NCBI RefSeq assembly: GCF_006345805.1
Contig: NW_021826200.1
Span: forward strand, 1 to 36,326
Direction: 5' to 3'
Length of the DNA: 36,326 bases
Source: Octopus sinensis
Lineage: Eukaryota
Below are positions 22,057 to 32,220 of this stretch, one piece after another; the stretch's first letter is position 1, and each line of letters starts with the position of its first letter. Under the pieces are notes generated by a model. The model was not told the origin of the DNA. It ran no database searches and was given only the letters and a program-made list of their open reading frames with translations. The translations under genes were made by a program, and so were the position numbers.

Positions 22057-22243
22057 TCCCAAGGTTTAAAACAAACTTTTTTATTTATTTATTTATTTTT
22101 TTTATGTATTAGACATTCACTAGTACAACACCCAAAAAAACCCCCAAATATATGGCACAGAACTTCCAACCTGTTGTCTCTTGAGGTCTCTGGGTGAGAC
22201 TTGGAGCCAACTTGTACAGACATAAAGCAAAAGTCAAACATAG
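19322..22243 (+). mobile_element. R4/Dong-clade non-LTR retrotransposon, subfamily A copy A1 (5'-truncated, RT + REL endonuclease)
   Basis: RT, CCHC and PD-(D/E)xK domains in one nearly continuous frame; flanked by (AAT)n on both sides; 3' end ...GCAAAAGTCAAACATAG. Confidence 0.92.
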
Positions 22244-22268
22244 AATAATAATAATAATAATAATAATG

Positions 22269-22334
<66 letters not shown>

Positions 22335-22353
22335 TAATAATAATAATAATAAT
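22244..22353. repeat. (AAT)n spacer/tail
   Basis: Direct inspection. Confidence 0.95.
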
Positions 22354-22883
22354 TATGGAATAACAACAGAAAAGAGATGGTATAGGCACACACCAGGAAA
22401 GGTCACAGAAAACGAGAAAACAACCATAGTCTGGGATATGCCAATACACACAGATAGAGAAATTAAGGCCAACAGACCAGATATAGTTGTCAGAGATCAT
22501 GAAGAAAAAAATGCTTTCTAACTGGTATATCAATACCAGCAGATGACAACGTGTCTCTAAAAGAAATGGAGAAACTTTCAAAATATAAAGAGCTGGAAAT
22601 AGAGGTAACTAGAATGTGGAATCTAAAAACAGAAACAATTCCTATCATAGTAAGTGCATTAGGCATGATAAAAAATATTCAAACAAATACCTAACAAAAA
22701 CACCAGGACTTACAAACACATATAACATACAGAAAATTGCACTACTGGGCACTGCACACATCCTACGCAGAACGCTTTCAGTGGAGTAACCATCAGAGCA
22801 TCACAACAAATCACAGCACATACCCAAGGCACACAGAGCTGCGCTCGGTAGTGAAGTGGAAGCACGCTATAAAAATAAAACTA

Positions 22884-22886
<3 letters not shown>
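22354..22886 (+). mobile_element. R4/Dong-clade subfamily B, 3' fragment (REL domain + distinct 3' UTR)
   Basis: VTENEKTTIVWDMPIHTDREIKANRPDIVV...EKLSKYKELEIEVTRMW...GTAHILRRTL with frameshifts; 3' UTR unrelated to subfamily A, ends AATAAAACTACTG + (AAT)n. Confidence 0.85.
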
Positions 22887-22954
<68 letters not shown>

Positions 22955-22956
22955 CA

Positions 22957-23321
22957 ATGGAACCTGAAGACTAAAACAATACCTCTTGCCATAGGTGTCC
23001 TAGGAATGATAGCATAAGGGGCTGATTGCTACCTAGTTCAGATACCAGGAAACTCCAAAAATGGCAGAAATTCAAAAGACAGTGCTCATGGGAAATGCCC
23101 ATAAGCAACGTAAAATACTGTGTATGTTATCTCAATTTTTAAAACAAACTCATAATTTTCTTGTTTTTTTAAACATTCTCTAGAACAATACTATGTGTAA
23201 GAACCAAATATATGACACCCTAGGCATAACACCAACATGAACTTCTAACTTGTTGTCTCTTGAGGTCTCCGGGTGAGAACTGGAGCCAACTTGTACAAAT
23301 ACAAAGCAAAAGTCAAACATT
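22957..23321 (+). mobile_element. R4/Dong subfamily A, short and more diverged 3' fragment (A2)
   Basis: Matches A1 from about 21885 to its end, with many substitutions. Confidence 0.88.
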
Positions 23322-23421
23322 AATAATAATGACAATAATAATAATAATAACAACAACAACAACAACAACAACAATAATAATAATAATAATGATGATAATG
23401 ATCATGATGATGATGAGGATG

Positions 23422-23458
<37 letters not shown>

Positions 23459-23516
23459 TAATAATAATAATAATGATGATAATAATAATAATAATGATAA
23501 TAATAATAATAATAAC

Positions 23517-23577
<61 letters not shown>
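23322..23577. repeat. Mixed (AAT)n/(AAC)n/(GAT)n trinucleotide tract
   Basis: Direct inspection. Confidence 0.95.
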
Positions 23578-23578
<1 letters not shown>

Positions 23579-24559
23579 GATATTCTGAATGATAAATGGC
23601 AAGTAAAACCTCTCTATGGCAAATACCCAAAGAGAGCAAATAATGCAGATGTTGACAAAGCCCTGACCCATCAATGGCTAATGGCCTCTGGCTTAAAATC
23701 TGAAACAGAGGGGTTTATCATAGCAGCTCAAGATCAATGCCTACCAACAAGAAACTACCAGGCCAACATATTAAAGATCAGAAGCAGTCCAACGTGTCGT
23801 GTATGTCAGCAACAAAATGAAACCATTGATCATGTGGTCTCCAAGTGCAGTCTTCTAGCGCCTACAGAGTATCTCAACAGACACGATAGAGCTGCACAAT
23901 ATATTCACTGGGTAATCTGCAAAAACCTGGATTTGCCCCATGAAAAAAACTGGTGGGAACACAAACCACCCCCAGTGCTTGAAAATGACCACATCTCACT
24001 CCTCTGGAACTTCACCATTCAAACTGACAGAAAGATAGATGCAAATAGGCCAGACATCATATTGAAAGACTTCAAACAAAGAACATGCCTCCTCATTGAT
24101 ATGACTGTCCCAATCGATATAAACGTATCTGTCAAGACCTACCAAAAACTGAGCAAATATAAAGATCTTGAAATAGAAATCAGCAAAATGTGGAAGCTGA
24201 AGACTAAAACAATACCTGTTGTCATAGGTGCCCTGGGAATGATAGCAAAAGGTGCTGATAGCTACCTAACTCAGATACCAGGAAACCAAAAATGGCAGAA
24301 ATTCAAAAGATAGTGCTCATGGGAACTGCTCATATCCTATGCAAAATACTTTCTATGTAATCTCAAGGTTTAAAACAAACATAATGTTCGGTTTAAAAAA
24401 AATTTTTTTTTTAGACATTCATTAGTACAACACCCCCCTCCCAAGTGTATGGCACACTAGGCATAACAACAACATGAACTTCCAACCTGTTGTCTCTTGA
24501 GGTCTCTGGGTGAGACTTGGAGCCAACTTGTACAAATATAAAGCAAAAGTCAAACATAG
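23578..24559 (+). mobile_element. R4/Dong subfamily A, 3' fragment (A3: CCHC + REL + 3' UTR)
   Basis: ORF 23681-24313 nearly identical to the A1 C-terminus; same 3' end ...GTCAAACATAG + (AAT)n. Confidence 0.92.
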
Positions 24560-24575
24560 AATAATAATAATAATA

Positions 24576-24657
<82 letters not shown>

Positions 24658-25213
24658 ATGCTCTGATGCAGTACCAGGCAGTGGCTCTCATGGCTCCTGA
24701 TCTTAACTGATTGGAAGTGTTATCATGTACATTGTTTTGTCTTGGTATAAAAGATGGGCTACAGCAAATATTCTGCTCAATACCACAGATTTGCTTGTCA
24801 GTTGTTTGACCTTAACCAGTTGAGCATGTCCCTTAGTGGCTGACGATATGTGCATCTCTGATCACGAGCAGAAGTAGTGGGGGAGCATCATAGCCATGTG
24901 TTGAGAGGGATTCTTTGGGGTTTGAATAATTCACCTCTGGAAACATGGGTGGTTCTTTCAACATCCTTAAACAACCCTTATTCAGGGACCTTTTGAGCGG
25001 GATGGGCTACTCAACCTGAAGAAAATTCTAACTGGGCCCCACCTGCAAGGTCATGTGCTGTTTATCTTGATATGAGATCACCATGTCGCGCACATATGGT
25101 TGTGATGCATGTGCCTGGTGTACCTTTATCAGACGGGTAGTCATGATGGGTATATTGGGCTTCGTATATTTTACCCCAGTGTCACTTTGATGGCATGCAC
25201 TGCTCTCTCACTC
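24658..25213 (+). mobile_element. Non-coding AAT-flanked element C, copy 1 (about 556 bp)
   Basis: Bounded by (AAT)n on both sides, repeated three times; no ORF of note, no tRNA-like head seen. Confidence 0.7.
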
Positions 25214-25232
25214 AATAATAATAATAATAATA

Positions 25233-25779
25233 ATGCCCTGATGCAGTACCAGGCAGTAGCCTGATCTTAACTGATCTTAACTGATTTGAAGTGTTATCAT
25301 GTACATTGTTTTGTCTTGGTGTAAAAAATGAGCTACAGCAAATATTCTGTTCAATACCACAGATTTGCTTGTCAGTTGTTTGACCGTAACCAGTTGAGAA
25401 TGTCCCTTAGTGGCTGACGATATGTGCATTTCTGATCATGAGCAGAAGTAGTGGGGGAGCCGTGTGTTGAGAGGGATTCTTTGGGGTTTGGATAATTCAC
25501 CTTTGGAAACATCTGTGTTTCGTTCAACATCCTTAAACAATCCTTATTCAGGGACCTTTTGAACGGAATAGGCTACTCGACCTGAAGAAAATTCTAACTG
25601 GGCCCCACCTGCAAGGTCATGTGCTGTTTATCTTGATATGAGATCACCATGTCGCGCACATATGGTTGTGATGCATGTGCCTGGTGTACCTTTATCAGAC
25701 GGGTAGTCATGATGGGTATATTGGGCTTCGTATATTTTACCCCAGTGTCACTTTGATGGCATGAACTGCTCTCTCACTC
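25233..25779 (+). mobile_element. Element C, copy 2 (mosaic of copy 3 and copy 1)
   Basis: 5' two-thirds nearly identical to copy 3; 3' third nearly identical to copy 1. Confidence 0.75.
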
Positions 25780-25807
<28 letters not shown>

Positions 25808-25810
<3 letters not shown>

Positions 25811-26326
25811 CCCTGATGCAGTACCAGGCAGTAGCCTGATCTTAACTGATCTTAACTGATTTGAAGTGTTATCATGTACATTGTTTTGTCTTGTTGTAAA
25901 AAATGAGCTACAGCAAATATTCTGTTCAATACCACAGATTTGCTTGTCAGTTGTTTGACCGTAACCAGTTGAGAATGTCCCTTAGTGGCTGACGATATGT
26001 GCATTTCTGATCATGAGCAGAAGTAGTGGGGGAGCCGTGTGTTGAGAGGGATTCTTTGGGGTTTGGATAATTCACCTTTGGAAACATCTGTGTTTCGTTC
26101 AACATCCTTAAACAATCCTTATTCAGGGACCTTTTGAACGGAATAGGCTACTCGACCTGAAGAAAATTCTAACTGGGCCCCACCTATGTGGTCATGCACT
26201 GTTTACCTTGAAATGAGATCACCATGTGACGCACATATGGTTGTGATGCATGTGCCTGGTGTACCTTTATTAGTCGGGTAGTCAAGATGGGTATACTGGG
26301 CTTCGTATATTTTACCCGATGTCACT
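25808..26326 (+). mobile_element. Element C, copy 3 (3'-truncated)
   Basis: Stops at GTCACT about 28 nt short of the normal end and runs into a SINE family 1 tail fragment. Confidence 0.75.
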
Positions 26327-26377
26327 AGGCTTACAAGGAATACGTCAAATGACTGAAAGAAGTAAGAATAAAAGAAT
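26324..26377 (+). mobile_element. SINE family 1 tail fragment with internal deletion
   Basis: ACTAGGCTTACAAGGAATA...GTCAAATGACTGAAAGAAGTAAGAATAAAAGAA matches the tails at 32115-32220 and 17008-17114. Confidence 0.7.
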
Positions 26378-26466
26378 ATATATATATATGAGAAGCTAAC
26401 GTTTCTTGAACGTCGTGACGTTTACGGTTCCGATTCGATTCATCAAACGGAGCTGGCGGAAAACTA

Positions 26467-27708
26467 TCAGGCTGAGTAAAAAGTAAGCAACCTATTGAAA
26501 CATGAAATTCATCACAATATATTTCAACAATGCGGAAATTCTATTTATCAAAGTAATTACCATTACAATCAACACATTTTTGCCAAAGAGTTACAAGTTT
26601 GTTTATTCCGGTAACATAAAAATATGGAGTTCTAGAGCTGATGAACTCTTTGAACTCCTTCTCCCGCAGGAAATCATGAAGGTGATTGAAAAAGTGGTAG
26701 CCGGTAGAAGAAAGGTCTGGGGAATAAGCAGGTTGGGGAAGAACTTCGTAGCAAAGTTCCCTCGACTTTTGGAGTGTCACTAGTGAGACGTGTGGTCGAG
26801 CATTGTCATGAAGAATGATTATTTCTCTTCTGTTGACCAATCTGGGACGGAGGAGTTGCAGGTTTTCGTTCATTTTGGCAATTTCATGGCAATATGTTGC
26901 TGCAGTAATGGTTTTTCCGGGTTTTAAGAAGTTATAGTGGATGAGTCCAGCAGTAGACCACCAAAAAGTCACCATAACCTTCTTTTTGAAGAGCTCAGGT
27001 TTAGGGAAGGTTTTCAGTGCTTCACTTCGGGCCAGTTACTGTTAAGAACATTTTTTTTTTATTATTGTACAGAATCCACTTTGCATCGCAAGTTACAATA
27101 CGGTCGAGAAATGGACGGTCTGGTTCCAGAGAAGAAGCGACGAGCAAAATTCATCTCCGCACATTTTCCGATTTTCATTCAAATCGTGTGGTACCCATTT
27201 TTCGAGCTTTTTTGATTTTCCAATCGCATGCAAATGATTGCAGGTAGTTTTCTGGCTAATTTGAAGTTCTTTTGCCGGTTCTCGAGTGGTTTTACGTGGA
27301 TCTTTTTCAATGACAGTCTTTAATTGACCGTCATCGATGACGAATGGGAATTCACTACTCTCACGATCTTCAAGGCTCAGGTCTCCACTACGAAATAGTT
27401 TAAACCATTTTCGAGCTGACCACTCACTGGTCATTTTCTCACCAAAAGCTTCGTTGATATTGCGAGCAGTTTCAGATAATTTACATCTTTTTTTGAAGTT
27501 GAATAGCAGAACTGCTCAAATATCGCGCTTTGACAGCTCCATTTCGGATGATTGTAACAACGGTGAAAAAAATATCAATGTTCATTTATTGATGCATATT
27601 GTATTATCAGACAATTGCAAAAAAGTGTTTTAAAAATTCAAAACTTTGTAAAAATCCGGTACAAATTCTTCATGATCCAAAACGTTGCTTACTTTTTCCT
27701 CAACCTGA
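26467..27708 (-). mobile_element. Full-length mariner (Hsmar1/cecropia-like), decayed, with TIRs and TA TSD
   Basis: TA|TCAGGCTGAGTAAAAAGTAAGCAACCTATTG versus the reverse complement of the right end TA|TCAGGTTGAGGAAAAAGTAAGCAACGTTTTG (27 of 31 match); 1242 bp. Confidence 0.92.
26541..27542 (-). pseudogene. mariner transposase, disrupted
   Basis: MELSKRDI*AVLLFNFK..., WVPHDL, HDNARPH, AYSPDL motifs; stops and frameshifts; third catalytic position reads G (TGYHFF). Confidence 0.92.
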
Positions 27709-27890
27709 TAGAAACTGAGTGTCACAATTAATTGAAGAAACTTCAGCTTCGAATTAAATATAAACGGCCTGTCTACCCTTTTTTTTTGATAGTCCTTTCC
27801 ACCCCTTCTGCAGTCACCTCATTAAAAGTATAATAGCATCGAAATAAACGAGAAATAACAAAGCTACTGGAGTAAAACAAATCTAAGCTG

Positions 27891-28150
27891 AGTGATGCAA
27901 CACTGGTACAGAAGCTAAACTGTCCCCTGCGTGCTTACTGGGGACAGAAATGCACCCCTAAAGACTCGACGAAAAGTTTGCTCGTTAAATTTCCAAAAGG
28001 TCAGCAATGTTGTTGAGTACGGTAACCCGAAAAACAACATTACCCCCAGACTCCAAGGTAAGTGCACTGTTCCGCTATGGAGCTGAAGGAAACCGTGGAC
28101 AAGCTACTACGAACGAAATAGGCTGACTTTCTTCGAGGAAGATCATGCTG
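27891..28150 (+). pseudogene. Possible ancient RTE/L2-like LINE remnant (post-RT region)
   Basis: SDATLVQKLNC...NFQKVSNV...NITPR, then YGAE and, with one frameshift, FFERKIML; resembles the post-RT motif order (EINxRI...AF..L...LLYGAETW...FERKxLR). Recognised by eye only. Confidence 0.38.
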
Positions 28151-28785
28151 TGAGTAAATGTTCACATTTCGAGGCATTCATAAATAGTGAATGAAGCTGT
28201 GTCGGCTCCTTTAATAATCAACTTTATCCTTTTCAATTGTATGCATCAGAAGTCACTGTGGAACATCTTGCAATCATATGGCACGAGTTAATATTATGTT
28301 AAGTGTTTTCAGCAACACTAACCTGAATTCAAGATACGATGTAAATGCTAAAATAGATACAACTGACATTTTCGATATTGTCCTTGAGATAGCTTTGGTA
28401 TTATTTCAAGATGACGCAGATTGAATAAAGGATGAGAAATGTTAGGTTTCTGTAGGTATTCCTCGAAGAATTTTCTTCGAAATTATGCTCTGCTACCTGA
28501 CCGAAGCAGCAGAATTCTCAAACACCAGAATAACATTTTATTTCCAAGCATTTATATCTCTACACTCAAAAACATCTAATACACTTTACTGTCCTGCGTT
28601 AATTTCTAATAGTGTTGATATATTTTTATACACGCAATCATCAACAAAAATAAATACTTCGACATGCAAGTATTATTTTTTTATAAACAAATATCTTTAC
28701 ACCTTCTACATCGCTCTATCTGTCTCTCTATCAATAACTAACTATTGTATTCATTGTCACTATCATTATATATCATTATATATAA

Positions 28786-29386
28786 GGCGGCGAGGTGGCA
28801 GATACGTTAGCACGCCGGGTGAAATGCTTAGCGGTGTTTCGTCTGCCGTTACGTTCTGAGTTCAAATTCCGCCGAGGTCAACTTTGCCTTTCATCCTTTC
28901 GGGGTCGATTAAATAAGTACCAGTTACGCACTGAGGTCGATATAATCGACTTAATCCGTTTGTTTCTCCTTGTTTGTCCTCTCTGTGTTTAGCCCCTTGC
29001 GGGTAGTAAAGAAATAGATATTTCGTCTGACTTTACGTTCTGAGTTCGAATTCCACCGCGGTTGACTTTGCCTTTCATCCTTTCGGAGTCGATAAATTAA
29101 GAACTAGTTGTATACCGGGGTCGATCTAATCGACTGCCCCCCACCCCCCAAAAAATGAAAATTCGGGCCTTGTGCCTAGATCAGAAAAGATTATGTATAA
29201 GCTGGTTAGCACGCTGCACGAAATGCTTAATTGTCGCTAGGCTCTGAGTTCAAATTCCACCAAGGTCGACTTTGCCTTTCATCCTTTCGGAGTCGATAAA
29301 TTAAGTACCGGTGAAACACTGGGGTCGATGTAATCGATTAGTCCCCTCCCCTAACACTCCAAGGCCTTGTGCTTTCAGTAGGAAGT
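28786..29386 (+). mobile_element. SINE family 2 trimeric composite (young full monomer + two 5'-truncated monomers with a different tail)
   Basis: Units 28786-29017, 29019-29194 and 29205-29386; ATTATATATCATTATATAT at 28765-28783 and 29387-29405. Confidence 0.8.
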
Positions 29387-29410
29387 ATTATATATCATTA
29401 TATATTTAGT

Positions 29411-29478
29411 TTCTTCTTCTTCTTCTTCTTCTTCTTCTTCTTCTTCTTCTTCTTCTTCTTCTTCTCTTCTTCTTCTTC
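29411..29478. repeat. (CTT)n microsatellite
   Basis: Direct inspection. Confidence 0.95.
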
Positions 29479-29482
29479 TATG

Positions 29483-29590
29483 ATTTCGGCGGTCGATCAA
29501 AAATAAGTACCAGCTGAACACTGAGGTCGGTCGATATAATCAATTTATCCTCTCCCTCAAAATATCTGACCTTGCAACCAAAATTTGAAA
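29483..29590 (+). mobile_element. SINE family 2, old 3' fragment
   Basis: TTTCGGCGGTCGATCAAAAATAAGTACCAGCTGAACACTGAGGTCG... resembles the family 2 body. Confidence 0.6.
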
Positions 29591-30208
29591 CCACCGTTAT
29601 GTTGATAACAATTATGGTTATGGTGGTGCGGCACAGGTTTTTTCCCCCCCAATATTTTACTGTTTTCTAATTTTCATTGTGATAAGTTAGTTGTGTGTCT
29701 AATTTTTGCGAATATAGAACGCACAACCTCTTCGCTGATTATCCTCAATTCGCTTTCTGCTGTACGCGAAACTATCGACATTTTGAGTTGGGCGTAAAAC
29801 CATTGTCCTAATTTTAATCCACAAACACTGACGAGCCCCACGTCTAGAAATTCTACAACATTTAATAATATAGTGTTATTATGTTTTGCGTACTTAGACT
29901 TGTTTTTCGTGTATAGTTTATATTTATATTCTTTAGTGCCAACGTACTGGCAGTGTTCGGATCTAGGTCATGATGTTTTAGTTTTCTAAACCTTCACATC
30001 TGCGTATAAAATAGCATTGAAAACGCGATAATAAACATTTACTTAACAATATATTCTCAGTCAAATAAACCAACGTGCTTAAGGCCATCAACGGAAGCGG
30101 GGGGGGGGGCACAGGAATGGTAAATGGTTTACGGCACAAAATAAATCATTTTAAAATCGCTAAAATAGTATTCGAAGTGATTTATATGATCGGAAATATA
30201 ATTTCGAA

Positions 30209-30655
30209 AGGCGGCGAGCTGGCAGAATCGTTAGCACGCCGGGCGAAATGCGTAGCGGTATTTCGTCTGCCGTTTCGTTCTGAGTTCAAATTCCGCTGAG
30301 GTCAACTTTGCCTTTCATCCATTCGGGGTCGATAAATTAAGTACCAGTTACGCACTGTGGTCGATGTAATCGACTTAACCCCTTTGTCTGTCCTTGTTTA
30401 TCCCCTCTCCGTTTAGCCCCTTGTGGGTAATAAAGAAATAAAAAACGTTAGCACGCCGAGCGAAATGCTTAGCGGTATTTCGTCTGCTGTTACGTTCTGT
30501 GTTCAAATTCCCCAGGTCGACTTTGCCTTTCACCCTTTCGGGGTCGATAAATTAAGTACCAGTTACGCACTGGGGTCGATGTAATCGACTTAATCCGTTT
30601 GTCTGTCCTTGTTTGCCCTCTCTATGTTTAGCCCCTTGTAGGCAATAAAGAAATA
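30209..30655 (+). mobile_element. SINE family 2 tandem dimer within one 15-bp TSD
   Basis: Full monomer to about 30443; second monomer from AACGTTAGCACG (about 30444); AAATATAATTTCGAA at 30194-30208 and 30656-30670. Confidence 0.9.
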
Positions 30656-30967
30656 AAATATAATTTCGAAGTGTTCTTGGCATTATAGAGAGGATCTGCT
30701 GGGTTCGACTGCTCTGCATTGATAAGGGGCAAATACCCTGAAACTAGTCTGCAGATATCTGACCAGCAAGGAGAAGCGGCTGACCTCCCCTGTTCGAAGG
30801 TTATAATGGACACAGGTTCGTGTGTCACATAGCTAGCTAGAGGCGATGGCCTCTTGGAGCTAATCAACGGCAGCATTCGTCCTATATTTCTAGACTGCCA
30901 TATTAGCTTGGCGATAACTATTGATATCCAGTACCGCTGCCGTAGTCTCCTTTAGAGAGACTTATCT

Positions 30968-31027
30968 CTAAAACGGCGGTGCACCAGCATGGCCGCAGCT
31001 TTGAGCTGAAACTAGAAAGAAAAAGAA
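30968..31027 (+). mobile_element. SINE family 1 tail fragment
   Basis: CTAAAACGGCGGTGCACCAGCATGGCCGCAG...CTGAAACTAGAAAGAAAAAGAA. Confidence 0.65.
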
Positions 31028-31424
31028 TTTTAAGGAGTAGAAAACTTTCCAAATATAAATAAAGTGGAAGCATACAAAAATAAAGATTGTTTTCAATCTT
31101 TCTCTCAGTTTTGTTTCCATTTTGAAAAATAGAAAATTGTTTTGTTGTTTATTATTGCTTATGTTTTGAATCACATATATATAGAAGCATCAAAAATTTT
31201 TAAGTGTCAATCCAGCCCTGTTCTCAGCCATGGATAATGAACAGACTTTACACTTATACCGAATAAGTAATCTCAAGGCTTATTAGTCTCTATAACGGTA
31301 AAATATCGGTGCCAACATACGGAAACAAATTCTTCAACTGCTCACAGCAGACACTCAGCCCCGATCAAATTTAACTCTTGAATCTCGGGATTAATTTCCA
31401 CTACGAACGAAAATATGATATAAT

Positions 31425-31518
31425 ATAATGTGTGTGTATATATATATATATTTACATATATATACAGGCATACATACATATTATATATATATTATATATA
31501 TATACATACATATATATA

Positions 31519-31605
<87 letters not shown>

Positions 31606-31617
31606 GGGAGAGAGAGG
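31425..31617. repeat. (TA)n/(TG)n/(GA)n compound microsatellite
   Basis: Direct inspection. Confidence 0.92.
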
Positions 31618-31620
31618 AGT

Positions 31621-31811
31621 GTTTCGTTTTGGCATTTGGTTTGCAAGATTCTTTATGTGAGTTCGTGTGTTGAAGTATATTATGTTGTGTCTGGGGAGAG
31701 TTATTCTCTTTTGGTGCTTATAATTTAACACAGTCACCGGGGTAAAATTTCTACTTATTTCTTTCTTATTTTTCTAAAATTTTCGTTGCGTCTTGCAACC
31801 TTTTCAATAGT
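31621..31811 (+). repeat. Unclassified interspersed repeat of about 190 bp, copy 2
   Basis: Inverted match to 12079-12267. Confidence 0.8.
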
Positions 31812-31835
31812 CGTTGAGTCAACGATTATTAAAAA

Positions 31836-32220
31836 GATTGCTTACCAACAACATGGTTCCGGGTTCAGTCCCACTGCGCGGCACCTTGGGCAAGTGTCTT
31901 CTAATATAGCTTTGTGCCAACCAAAGCCTTGTGAGTGGATTTGGTAGGCGGAAACTGAAAGAAGCCCGTCGAATATATGAATATATATATATATGTGTGT
32001 GTATATGTTTGTGTGTCAGTGTTTGTCCCCGCAAAATCGCTTGACAACCGATGCTGGTATGTTTACGTCCCCGTAACTTAGCGGTTCAGCAAAAGATATC
32101 CGATAGAATAAGCACTAGGCTTACAAAGAATAAGTCCTGGGGTCGATTTGCTCGACTAAAAAGAGATGCTCCAGCATGGCCGCAGTCAAATGGCTGAAAC
32201 AAATAAAAGAGAAAAGAGAA
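31836..32220 (+). mobile_element. SINE family 1, slightly 5'-truncated copy
   Basis: B-box GGTTCAGTCCC, CORE-like CACCTTGGGCAAGTGTCTT, short TA/TG middle, complete tail. Confidence 0.9.

Noticed and set aside
24658-26326. Repeat-spacer alternation superficially like a CRISPR array
   Set aside because: Eukaryotic context; units are about 550 bp and near-identical, separators are microsatellites, no cas genes.
28051-28063. Consensus splice donor CAAG|GTAAGT ending a 60-codon open frame
   Set aside because: No good acceptor; the region is better explained as a decayed RTE-like LINE fragment.
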